DNA from: Lama glama
Lineage: Eukaryota
Direction of reading: 5' to 3'
Assembly: GCA_028534125.1 (NCBI GenBank)
Contig: CM052817.1
Coordinates: 4,404,001-4,468,000, forward strand
Length of the DNA: 64,000 bases
Every line of letters starts with the position of its first letter. The stretch's first letter is position 1. Of this stretch, positions 1 to 11,705 are shown in pieces. The position numbers and the translations under genes were made by a program. The notes under the pieces were generated by a model that worked only from the letters and a program-made list of their open reading frames with translations, was not told the DNA's origin and did not search any database.

Positions 1-278
1 TAATCCTCCCACTTGTTAGCCCATGAAATAACTGCGCCCATAAAAACTAACAGCCTTGTAGGTATCTCTTCCTCTCCCTCTGTCTCCCCTTTTGAGACAC
101 CTGCACTCTGTCTATGGAGTGAACATCTCCCTGAATGCATCTAGTCTCACTCTACTTCAGATCACTCTTGAATTCTTCCCTGCAAGAAGCCAAGGACCCT
201 CACTTGGCAGGGCGCATCCCAGGGGCTCACCCGAGCCCTGGGGCACCACCATCCCCTCATGCCCCAGTTTCTGCAACA
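1..278 (+). mobile_element. 3' part of an ERV1-like LTR, cut by the window start
   Basis: It has a U5-like motif (ctcttgaattcttccctgcaagaagccaaggaccc), ends in ...tgcaaCA, and is clearly homologous to the reverse complement of 54413-55032. Confidence 0.75.
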
Positions 279-627
279 ACGCTAGCCCTGTGGTGGGTAT
301 TACTAGTTTTTACTGACGGGGAAACAGAGAGTGATTAAATATCTTGCCCAAGATCACAGAGGAAGTAAGTTATAAAGCCCTTACACTTTATCATCTTGAC
401 TGTTTATTAAAAAACCAGGCATGATTCTTTGAAATTAATTTGGAGAAGCTGCTTAAAATGCTTAATACACTGATTCTGGCTTATTTTATTTGCATCATCT
501 ATTTGCTGTAGTTATTAAAACATCCTGTTCATTCCTGTTCATTCTCTCTTATCACTTTTGCAGAATTGTTATTTGTCTCTCATTCATTCATTCTCTTATG
601 CCTCCACTCTCCCCAAACACACACACA

Positions 628-819
628 CAGTGGGGTGCTGGAGATGGCTCCTCCTGGCTGGGCAGAGCTGCTCGTGAACATCCTAGTAGCTTCTCAGTGA
701 CATCCCACTGGTGGCTTGAAATCAGTCATGACGGGAATATTTACACCACAGGAACTGACAAATGTAAAAATCAGGTCTGTTTTTCTGAGAGCCACTTAAC
801 ATGTACCAGCTCATCACTG
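628..819. mobile_element. MER63-like hAT non-autonomous DNA transposon
   Basis: Terminal inverted repeats cagtggggtgctgg ... ccagctcatcactg, and an internal 'ggcttgaaatcagtcatgacgggaatatttacaccac' segment resembling MER63 from recall. Confidence 0.7.
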
Positions 820-1043
820 TGGTTCTCCTGCAGACAAAGCTGGGCCTTTCTCCATCTTCTCCCACCATTCTAATGAAACCGTGAGACAGGAGGGGCCATG
901 GGAACCAGACTCAGCCTATCTGAAGAGAGGCTTCTCTGTGAGTGGACGCTGTGCCTGGCTTTAAATGCTGTGTGAAATATCCCTTCAATGGCTTACACAC
1001 ATTCTAGCAAGTCTTATTGTTACTCCAATCAAGGATGAATTTC

Positions 1044-2110
1044 TGTGATATAGTAATTTAATAAGAAATGTGTATTTGATCTCCATCCATTGTTCCAGGC
1101 ACAGAGCTCCTAAAATTCTTGGAATTTCCTAACTGTTGAGATAAAGATGGCTTTGTTACGTTAATGAGATGACTTTGGGGAAAAACCTAGGTAACCTAAA
1201 AGGAGGTGGAGGTTGGTTGCCAGGGGAAACAACCACGTGATTAGAGGGTTGGAACTTTCAGTCCCACCCCAGAGATCTGGGGAGGGGAGAAGGACCAGAC
1301 AGAGACTTGGTTCCATCACCAGTGGCCAATGAGTTAATCAAACATGCCTATAAAATGAAGCCTGTTAAAAAACAAAATTCAACTGAATGAAGTTAAAGAT
1401 CTAATTGGCTTTATTCAAGAATTCATGAATCAGGCAACAGCCCATCTAGCAAGCAGAAATGAGCTCCGAGCAGCTGTACAGAGCGGAAGGCTTTCGCAGA
1501 CAGAGGGCGCGGGACAGGGAAGAGGTGGGCTTCCTCCTCTTCGGCAGGGGGTGAAGAGGTCTGTCGGGGGGTTAGCTCGCTGCTGTGGACCAGGAAATAA
1601 CTGCATTCCTGGGGAGGCTGAAGCTGCGCTTAGACTAGGTATTGAGTCTTGGTTTGCTGATGTGGGGCTTAGCACAAGTGACTCCATTTGAGGCCTGTTG
1701 TTTCTTTTTAATAAGTCTTTATCAAAAAAAAAAGATGAGTTCACAGAGTTTCCAAGTTGGTGAACCAGAACTCATCCATGTGCCTAGAGGGTGGTGCTCT
1801 GGGGACCCTTCTGAACCTCTCCTTGGGCACCTCATCTGTATCCTCTACAATACCCTTTATAATAAGCTGGTAAACATAAGCAAATGTTTCTCTGAGTTCT
1901 GTGAGCCCCTCTGGCAAACAAATCAAACCTAAGGGGAGGGACATAGGAACCTCCAACTTGTAGCCAATTGGTCAGAAGCACAGGTAACAGCACAGACTTG
2001 CAATTGGCATATGAAGTGCGGAGCACCCAGTCAGTGCCTGCTGAGAACTGGAGAATTACTTGGTGGAGAAATTCAACTGGAATTTCCCAATAGTCAGAGC
2101 TGTCCAGTGA
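1044..2110 (+). mobile_element. MER21-like LTR interrupted by a younger LTR
   Basis: Starts with TG and has MER21-type blocks (cacagagctcctaaaa, gattagagggttggaactttcag, ttctctgagttctgtgagc). The 3' end is approximate. Confidence 0.7.
1363..1713 (-). mobile_element. Solo ERV1-like LTR nested in MER21
   Basis: Termini tgttaaaaa...tttttaata, 4-bp TSD agcc/agtc, and an AATAAA on the minus strand (TTTATT near 1409). Confidence 0.7.
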
Positions 2111-2345
2111 AACAGACTTCTCTGGCACAGACGTGAGCTCCCCATGAAAGAATGTATCCAAGGAAAGTCTGAGCAAAATCTGTCCCAGATGCTTGAGGGA
2201 AATGGGGTTTCGGCTTTGAGAAGGGCCAGAAAATTCCACAAACTCAGAAGGCATAATAGAGGAAAGAGACACAGCAGCTCTGGTGCAACATCTGTCAGAG
2301 AAATAGGGACATGGTATTGTTTTCAAGTTCAATGAGGAGGCACCA

Positions 2346-2470
2346 GAAAAAAAAAAAGGAAGAAAGAAAGGAAGCAAGCAAGAAGGAGGGAGGAAGGAAA
2401 GAAGGAAAGGAAGGAAGGAAGGAAGGGAGGAAGGAAGGAAGGAAGGAAGGAGGGAAGGAAGGAAGGAAAA
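2346..2470 (+). repeat. Poly-A plus (GGAA)n purine microsatellite
   Basis: Directly visible run of about 125 bp that is almost purely A/G. Confidence 0.95.
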
Positions 2471-5400
2471 TGTGAGCAGCCTGAGGGAAGAGACTTTGTT
2501 TCATTTCTCCCTGACACCAAAACACCAGCGCTGGGCACGTGGAAGGCTCTAGATGGATGCTGGCAGGGGCTGAGATAGAGAAGTTATCAGTTAGGGGTCT
2601 GGGAAGCTCGTCCAAGCTCAAATTTGTTGATCAAGCTGGGCGATTACGGTGGGGTCGCTTTCTGTCCGGAGGTCTGCTGCTTCACCTAATTATGCAAGGA
2701 CTTACTTTAGATGACTTCTTGAGAATAACTGGTATTCTAATTAAAACACCATGGTTCCCACCAAGCCTGTTAATAGCATAAGGTGGATAACAAACAGACA
2801 TCATTTAAATAGAAAAATTAGTGGCCAGATGGAGCAGGTTGAGAAGATTCTTAAATTTTGAAGACTTTTGTTTGAAAAAACAAATCATGCTTTTTACATT
2901 TGATTCACTTTACCTGCAAGAAAATGCTGAATATTCCCTGAGGAAATATGTTGGAACCGGATTGCATTCAATGAGAATCACATTAAGTTGATCCACATTT
3001 AATCTGTGCTTTGTCAGCATCCTCCCAGTTCAGCAGCAATTTCTCATCTGCTTGGGCCATTTCTCATGCCTTTCTCTCTGGGTCCTGGAGTCTGATAGGT
3101 TTTGTTTAAAATCCCAACCCCACCACATACCTGCTGCAGGATCTTGGGTGAATTTCTCTCTAAGCCTCTCAATGTCCTTCTCTGTAAATGGGGATTTAGT
3201 GTGGCGGTACCTGTCAAGGGCTCTGGGCAGTAGATGACACATAGTAGGTGTGGTCCAGGATTTCTGTCCTTGTAACTCTTGGATGGATATCAGGTTTTGC
3301 ACCTGCTGGTCCTCCCAACTGGAGCACTGGGCTCCCCTGGACAGATGCCCCCGCAAAGCCCTCCTCACCTCTGCTTCCCTAGAATCCTTTCTCCATGGTC
3401 CTGATTGGCCAGTGGAGTCCAAGGGTCATTCTATCCTGTCCTGTAAGTTCCTGAGATCACAAACTTTGCATTTATCGAATTCCAGAGCACTCAGCCCACT
3501 GTCCAGCATGTCCAGGGGGCCAAGCACCTTCTTACTTGACCAAGCTGGACTTCACACTCAGATGAGAGATACATGAGAAAAGAAATGATTTCTGGCCCGG
3601 GAACTACTCCTGATTGACTGTTGGTGGAATGGAAGCTCCTATTCCCCAAACACCAAGAGGAGAATGGAGTTGAAAGGAGAATCCACTGAACATGCCCATC
3701 AGTACCAGGAGCACTTGCCCTCTAGGACCTACACATTTATTCCACCTCTAGGCACCTAACAGTGCTTATGTGACCAAGGCAAGTTGCATTTGATGTGCAA
3801 GGAGTTTGTGTGGCTGCTGTGTGAAGTGGAAGGGTTTGAAGTTCAAGAGACAAGATAAAAGAGATGGGCATGGCTGGACATTCCAGTGTCCTGGAAGTCT
3901 TTCTAAGGAGCTTGGCTTTATCTTAAGAGCAGAGAAAGACAGAGAAGAAGCAAGGGAGTGATGCAATCAACTTTCTAGTAATCTGGCTGCTGTGTAGAGT
4001 GGATTGGGGTGGGGCAGCAGGGATCCTGGTTAGGAAGCTGTGGTACTGGTCCAGGTGAGAGATGGTGGTGGTCTGGGCTGGGGAACGGCAGCACAGAGGA
4101 AAGAGAGGAAACAGAGAATACCAGGGCTGTTCTTTCCAGGTGGTTTTTATCTGTGAAGTAGGTCAGTCCAACACTGCTTTGATTTACAGATCAGAGCGAG
4201 AGAAAGGGCAGTGACAAGGTGTCCCCAAGTCTGACCTTCTCATCTCCTCTACACATCCCCCCAAAAAAGGCTGCATGACCTCTGGTGTTAGTGAATGGTG
4301 CCAAGGACAGGCACGTCTGTGTTGGCCCCTCCTGTCAGAATGCATTCTCTCACTGATGAGCTCTTGTCTTCACAAAGGTCTGGAACTAAATAGGGCATGG
4401 ACCAGTGTCCCCATTTTTGCCCTCATTTTCTTATACCCAAGGGCTTCCCTTCTCCCTGTCATGTGGTTGTCTCGCTGCCTGGGATCTCCGCCATTATCTG
4501 CTCACACATTTGCTTCCCCCAATGGACTAGGAGGTGAAGCCGCAGCCTAGTCCTCTCCAACTCCCTCGGGCACATGAATGCCTGCTGTAGCTTTATAGAA
4601 TTGTCAGTTCTAAGATTGGAAGGGACCTTAGGGCCCGCTGGTTGTGTGTTCCTCCAAATGCAGGGTCCTCTCTGATTATCCCCACATCTGCAGTGCAGTG
4701 AGCACACTGCTGCCTCCAAGAGGCTGTCTGGAAGTCTCAGTCTGATCACCTTCTTGATTCCTTTCTGTGACTCTCCATGGCCACTGTGATTTCTGTGAAG
4801 GCAGCATTCCATTCAGTTATTCTGTCTGACATTAGTTTACTGGCCTGTTTTACTCACTCAACTGTGAGGCCTTTGAGGACAAGGATGCTCATGTTCTATT
4901 CATCTCAGCATACCCCATAGCCTTGAACACAGCACCTGGCATAGAGCAGGTACTTGATAATGAACAAATGAGTTAATGGATGAGTGAGAGAGTGGTTAGC
5001 TCTTAGCTCTCATTGTTAGAAAGTTCTTCTTCACCCTCAGCCTAAACATGCCTCCTGCTGACCGCCACTTTCTGAGCTGAAGTCCATTCATTGACTCCAC
5101 ACAGGATCACACTCTCCTCTTCCCCATGGTGGCTTCTTACCTGGTAGAACCACAGCAACCTGCTTTACATTCTTCAAACATACCAACCTGTTCCTGCCAA
5201 GCTTGTTCTCACCTTAAGCATTTTGTACACACATTTGCTCTTTCTGCCAAGGACACTTGATTCCCATTTCTTTCCATGGCTGGACATTCCTTGTAATTTG
5301 GATCTTAGCTCAAATATCAGCTTCTCAGAAAGGCAATTTCTAACCACTCAATCTAGAGTAACTCCCCCTGCCCCCTCACTTTTTTATTTCTCTGCCCTGA

Positions 5401-8400
5401 ATTCTGGGTGATTTCCTCCAATTCATCTTCTATTTCACTAAATCTCCCTAGCTCTGTGTCTAACCTACTGTTTAATCTGCTGATTGAGGTCTTTTATCAG
5501 TTACTCTACTTTTCATTCATGTAATATATATGTGAATATTGAAAGTATTCTTACTTTAAAATCTGTCTTAGAACTCCTATTACATGTAATGTCCCACAGG
5601 GATTTCTTCAATTTATTGTATTGGCTGATCATTTCTCAAGAGTTGAGTATCTTTGTAATTGTTGTAATTTTAAAGATGTATCTCTCTTAGGAATTATCGT
5701 CTATGAGTGACCCACATGGATTATGGAGGTGACCCCATCATGCTTATGAATCCTGGAAGGGTTGTTGCATTAATTCCTTGATGAATGCAAGATCAAGGCA
5801 AAGATTTGGGCCAACCTCATGTAGGCAAGAGATGATGATTTCTTGTGTTTGGTACCACTCACCTGCTTCCAGTGACGTTGACTTTACTTGTCTGCTTTGT
5901 CTGCAGACTGGAGCGTCACCCAATGCAGTGGTACCCAATGCCAGGTGCTGCATGCATGAACTTAATGTATAAGAACCACTCAGTTTAATGCATGAATATG
6001 GGACTCATTGAAAATACAGATTTCTATTTCTGAGATATACCTCCTGGATACTGATTCCATAATTCTGGGGTTGAGCCTCGAAACCTGAATTCTTCTACAG
6101 CTATCCATAGTGACTGTGATGTGCAGGGAGGCTTAGGTACCAGTCAGCCTATAAGCTTTCAGGATTGGAACTCGATTTATTTTTGTCTTGTTTATTTCCT
6201 TCAAATAAAAAGATTAAAAGCAGCTTACAGGATATGTGTAAATACATTTTTAAAAGCAGACCTAAAAACCCCTTACACAAATAAATAACCTAAGCAAGTG
6301 AGATCTGACTTTATTTACTCCAAGCCTGGTGACACACAGGGTAGCACTCTGTTGGTGTCCTTACCAACATCCTTACCCTGAATGTGGCTGTGAGCGATGT
6401 GAGCCTTTGTTACCCATCTCAGGAGACCCTCAGCTTTAAAAGCCCAGCTCAGTGAAATCAATTATGGGAGCAACAGTGGAACTGCAAAGAGATGCTGCTC
6501 TTCAGTGGGGTTTTAGTGTTTCTGGGGTCCTGTCAGTAGACTGTCAGATTGCCCAAACACACTTACTGATCTGGCAACATCCCTGAAAGCTCCTCTTGAC
6601 AGACTGATCTGCCTTGCTGAGCCCTCCCAGCTCATGTTCTCTTGCACCTCTTGGCTTCTGCCCAAGCCAAGCAGTCTTCTGTTTCCTCTGCCCAGAAGAC
6701 TCCTGTTCATCCCCAAGGCGCCACTCACATATCACCACCTCCAGGCAGTCCTCCTCCTCCGCCTCCTTCATTTCCTTCCTTCCTTTTGTCCTTCGCTAGT
6801 TAAGCCCTTATGTCTCAGCATTGCACTACAGCCCCCCAGTGTCTGTCCATCTCAGCATCTGCCGTACTTGAGACCTTCACAGCCCCTGTGTTCCCCTCCC
6901 TTGTCTAGTCTGTCTGCACTGGCTGCTTGTGCTCCCTTCCTGTCTCCACAGGACCTTTGCACAGGCTGTGTCAGTCTTCTGCCTGAAACGCTTCTCCACC
7001 CTCACATTCTTTCTGTCTCCCAACTGGATTGTTCCTCCCTCTCCACCTGCCGTTGTCTCATTCTGCCATTCTTCACATCTGGGACCTAACATTTCTTTCG
7101 TGATTCTTAGGTTACCCTCTGTCTCTTTGACCACACAAGGGCTAGCACCCTTTGAGAGTCTCATGAAAACTAGAAACCCTTTCTGTACAAATACACAAGA
7201 ATGCTTTTTCACCTAAAACTCCCATGTTGTTTTAAGGTTCAAAACCACCCCACATAAAGAGGCATTGTTCATTAAAATTCCAAGCTAAGATTCTTTCCCA
7301 GAGACAGCAGCTGGTGAACTGTGTACAGATCTCATGACTGAAGCCCACGACATATAGAGATGGAAGGGGGCCTCCCTGCATCTTAAAGGCTTGTGTGTCC
7401 AGGTGTGTGGCTTCATGTAGATGCCATGCTGGTTGATAGGATCTCTTTAAGAACTCATCTCCTTGTTTTTCTGTGGCAGAGAAGAAGACAGCACAGAGCC
7501 AAGCACAGCAAGCTGGAAAATAGTCGCACCCCTCCCACCTGACCAGTGGAGCAGAGGTGGCCCCGTGACTCGTGATGCCTTCCAGGAAGCTGAGCTACCA
7601 GCCAAATGGTCACCTTCCTATTTCAAGTCACTCTTGAGAACGTCTCTACTCTGTGTGATACCAACCAGGGGGACAAGAGAGATGGCCGTTTAACTGTCAG
7701 AAGCCCGTCTGTATTAGCACAGGCTGGTGGCAGGAGCCTAGAGCTGGAGTCCCACAGTCCTGGCTGGCTTGGCCACCCCTACGCTGTGTCCCTGTGCATT
7801 ACTAACCTTCTTCGAGCTCCCACTTCTTCATCTGTCTGAGGGTCCTAACACCTTCTTGACAGCTTTGTTCTGATGACCAAATGAGCTAGTGGCTGCTCTG
7901 AATGCCAAGATGCCTCCCACGGGTCAGGGATCATTGTTGTTTGTAAAATGTGATTCCGTCTCCTTTCGCTTACCGTCACTCAGGGGTGCACTCCGCTGGA
8001 AGGACCCATCACACTTCAGCTCTATGCAGCTGCCACCCAAGATGGGTGAGGTGGGGCCTGGCAGAACAATGGTTTAAATGAAGTCTTGATGTTACAGAGC
8101 CCCTGCAGAGCTCGCCCCTGCAAAAAGCTGTGTATTTCCTTTTCCTAAAGAGAATCTAGAGAGGATTTATCTAGATTCTCAAATGCGATTGGGACCCCCA
8201 GGGGTCAAGCATCTTGAGTCTAGGGGGAAAGGACCTTATTAAGGAACCCAGAGACCAGGTGTGCCTCTTACTGGTCAGTGACTTTGAGGCCATCCCTTGA
8301 CCTCTCCAGGCCTCAGTTCCTCATTTTCAAAATGGGTGCAACCACGTGCCCACCAGTGCTCCTCCCAGCTCGGACATCTGATGAGTCTGCAGCCCCTCCC

Positions 8401-9071
8401 TGCGTGGCCTCATCCATCAGAGGAGGCTCTTCCTGATGCAGTGAACATTGGCTGGGTTCCTACTGTGTGCCAGGGTCTGGCCAGCTGGGAAGGTCCCAAA
8501 CTCAGCCTCCTTGCTTCCAGAGTAAGTGGAGAACTCTTCTTTTCTGAATATAAGTCAGTTTAGGCAACTGTGTCCGCGGATTTCCAACCCCCCACAAATA
8601 ACCAAAGCACCCCAAAGTGCCGGAAGTACTCCAGCCCTGTTCCTGCTCGTCTTGCCCAGCAGGGAAAGAGCATCGTGGTCCAGCTGCTCCGCTCAGACTG
8701 AGAGGGTTTGCTCCTTCTCAAAATACTTCCTTGTCCACTGCAGGGCTACAAGGCCATCTCACTCGGGCAGCCAAGGGGCTAACGGGGACACCTGAAGTCG
8801 AAGCATCCCCGAGAAAGGCAGGATGAAAAGCAGGCTGCGCCTGGTGCCACCCAGTGAACCGTGTTCTTTCTTGCTGGGAGGCAGCGGTTGATGGCAAGAA
8901 AGCAGCTGGTGGATAGGGGCTGCCCTGAGGTCTGGGACTCAGGCTGGGCTCACCCGGCCCCATGACCCACGGGATTGACCCCAGAGAGGGCCTAGTCTAC
9001 AGTGTGCACATGGGCAGCCCTAAGGCCAGATTTGGCTCACAAGTATGTCTTGTTTAGCTTCTGTTTTGGGT

Positions 9072-9570
9072 TTTTTTTTTAAGTTCTGGTTAAAATACAC
9101 TTAGCATAAAATTTACCATCTTAACCGTTTCTCAATGCCCAGTTCACTGGCATTAAGTATATCCATATTGTTGTGCAACCATCATCACCATCCATCTCCA
9201 GAGCTTTTTCATCTTCCCAGACTGAAACTCTGTCCCCATGAAACATTAAGCCCCTATTCTCCTCTCCCCCAGCACCAACAGCCTCCATCCTACGTTCTGT
9301 CTCTATAAATTTGACTCCTCTAGGGACTTCCTGTAAGTGGAATCATACAGGATTTGTTCTGGGGGACTGGCTTATTTCACTGAGCATCATGTCCTCCAGT
9401 TTCATCCATGTTGTAGTGGGTGTCAGAATTTCCTTCCTTTTTAAGGCTAAGTAATACTCCATTCTTTGGATGGACCACGTTTTGTCTACCCCTCTACCTG
9501 TCAATGGGCATTTGGGTTGCTTCCCTCTCTTGGCTGTTGTGAATATTATGAACATGGGGGTACAAATATC
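9072..9570 (-). mobile_element. L1 (L1MB-like) 3' end fragment
   Basis: A poly-T tail followed by L1 3'UTR. The minus-strand translation gives the L1 ORF2 C-terminus (KQPKCP...MEYYLALKRKEIL...WMKLEDMMLSEISQ). Confidence 0.88.
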
Positions 9571-11691
9571 TACATTGTATTTATTAATATCGAGCTGGCA
9601 AATAACATTTAAAGCCAAGAGATTTCTCATAAACATCTGGATTTCTGGCTTCTCTTGGAAAACCAGTGGATCTGGCAGCACAAGGTGTCTAGCTTCATGG
9701 TCACACTCAGAGCTGAAGGAGGACAGCCACTCGCTCCCCCTCCAGCAGGCACACAGCCTGAGCCCCCACTCCCTCCTGGTCCCCTCCTCGCTCACCACCT
9801 CACCCACCTAGTCTGCCCAGCACCTTCCTGTTATGGGTAGAAATACGGATGGGTCTTCCGGGTGGGATGGTAATATGTCTGGTGTCATCCAGGAAGGACC
9901 TGGACTGGGTTCTGGTTCCAGCTCTGCCACCCACCTGATCCAATAGCCTTAACCTTCCTGATCCTGTGACTCTTATTTTGGAGGAAAATGAGCGAGATGG
10001 TACCTTCTCCTGCAGCCTCATGGAATTGTTGAGACAGAAGGAGGGGACATGAGGTGACTGGAACGCGGAGCTGGGATATGAGGGGCTTGTTAACAGCACA
10101 GGCCAATCAGGCAACTTAGAATCTGGGGGTCAGTTTCTCCATCTGCAAAATGGGGAAAGGGGCCATGTCTCCCCCACGGGGTTATTCTGAGATTTAGCTG
10201 ACCCAGAGAAGGTGAAGCATCGAGCGGACGCTGGGCACACAGCTGGTGTTTCCAGTCATGTTACTTCGTAACAAGTGAGGGTGACGTTCAAGGGCTCCAA
10301 ATCCCCTTGGCTACAGAGCACAACTGAGCAAGAGACGTGATATCCTGGAGGACAGCTGGCTGCAGAGTCCGTCAGCCTGATTTCAGAGCCCTACCTCCGC
10401 CTTTCACCTGCTAGGACCCCGGGCAGGCCAGCCACGTCTGACTGCAGACCCTCGGCTGCTAGACGGGGCGACGCCCCCGTTCTCACCCGCGCCGGGGGAG
10501 TCAAGAACATCAGGTGCCTGCCTGGCACATAGTAAGTGCTCAATAGAGTTTAGTTGCCCTCCTTCCTAACCAGACGTCTCCCTCTGAGGTGAAAAGGATG
10601 GCATGTTTTCCAAATAATTCCCCCCAAGAAGGAAAAATGTGGTTTCTAGCCTCCCCCTGGAGCGCTTCCGGGTACACGGGTTCTTGGGGTTGAGGTGTGT
10701 TGCTCACTGGGTTCCAGCCAGCAAGCATTTACTGAGCCCCAGTAGGTGCTGGGCTCTGCCACTGACCTGGGTTACAGGAGAGAACAAACAGACCAAATTC
10801 CGGCTCCTGGGGGCGCGCTTTACAGTAGTCAGTCAGTCAGTCAATAATTGCTCATAAAGCGCCTCTTCTGCGCTGGCTTTAGGTAGGGCCCTGGCTTCAC
10901 CTTCAGGGCTCAGCTCTGTTGCTGGATATGTGTTGCCTCCGGATCCGGGCCCCGTCTGCTCCTCCGCCAGCCCCAGGCGGCATGCTTGTCCTGGGCCCCT
11001 ACCTTCGCTGACCACTGGTCTTCTCACCCACTGTGCTGCTTCCGTGACCTCAGTCCTTCCCAGTGTCCCTGTGGGAGGCCTCTGAGCCCCTCTGGGGCCA
11101 ATGAGGCCCTCCTGAGGGGAGCAGTCGGTCCTCCCGTGCATCGGAGAGCTCAGAGACCAGGTGTGGCCCCGGCAGAGCCCTGCCTCCTTGCCTTAAGGCT
11201 TTGGGTGAAACAGGAAGGTGGATGGAAAAAGAAATTTGTCAACTCTTACCGTTGTGCGTAAATGTGCAGGATTTGGCCTTCATCGGCCGGAGAGCAGAGA
11301 GACCACCTGGTGTGGGAGAGGGATTCGCGTTTAAAACTGAAGCGCTGGGCTGGAGTCCAGGTCCTGCAGCTTCTTAGCTCCGAGGTCATGGGAAAGTCAC
11401 TTCTCAGTTTGCTCACCTGGCCGATGGGGCAGCAAAACACCTGCCTTAGCACCTGCTGGGAGGGCAGTAGATACATTGGGTGCAGAAGCACTTTGCAGAC
11501 CAGTGTGATGCGTACGCTTTCACGTCCTTCATTCACGTCCTTCATACAACGCATATCTGCTGTGTACCTACTGTGTGCTGTTATGAGCAAGGCGGTCTGT
11601 CTGATGACAAGGTCTCCAGGCTCAGGAAGAGAACTGCTTGTCAGATGGTGGTACTGTGCCTTCGTAGATTGTGATTAGCAACAGCCAGCAA

Positions 11692-11705
11692 GTTGGCATG
11701 GCAAC
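11692..11705. promoter_or_regulatory. RFX X-box-like element
   Basis: GTTGGCATGGCAAC matches the palindrome GTTGCCATGGCAAC at 13/14 positions, with adjacent half-sites. Confidence 0.5.

Noticed and set aside
7460..7700. Acceptor-like site (ccttgtttttctgtggcag) as a possible exon of an upstream gene such as C4orf50
   Set aside because: There is no recognisable protein match and no convincing donor or polyA pairing, so it cannot be supported from sequence alone.
9343..9807. 154-aa minus-strand ORF with protein-like sequence
   Set aside because: It is a decayed L1 ORF2 C-terminus, not a host gene.
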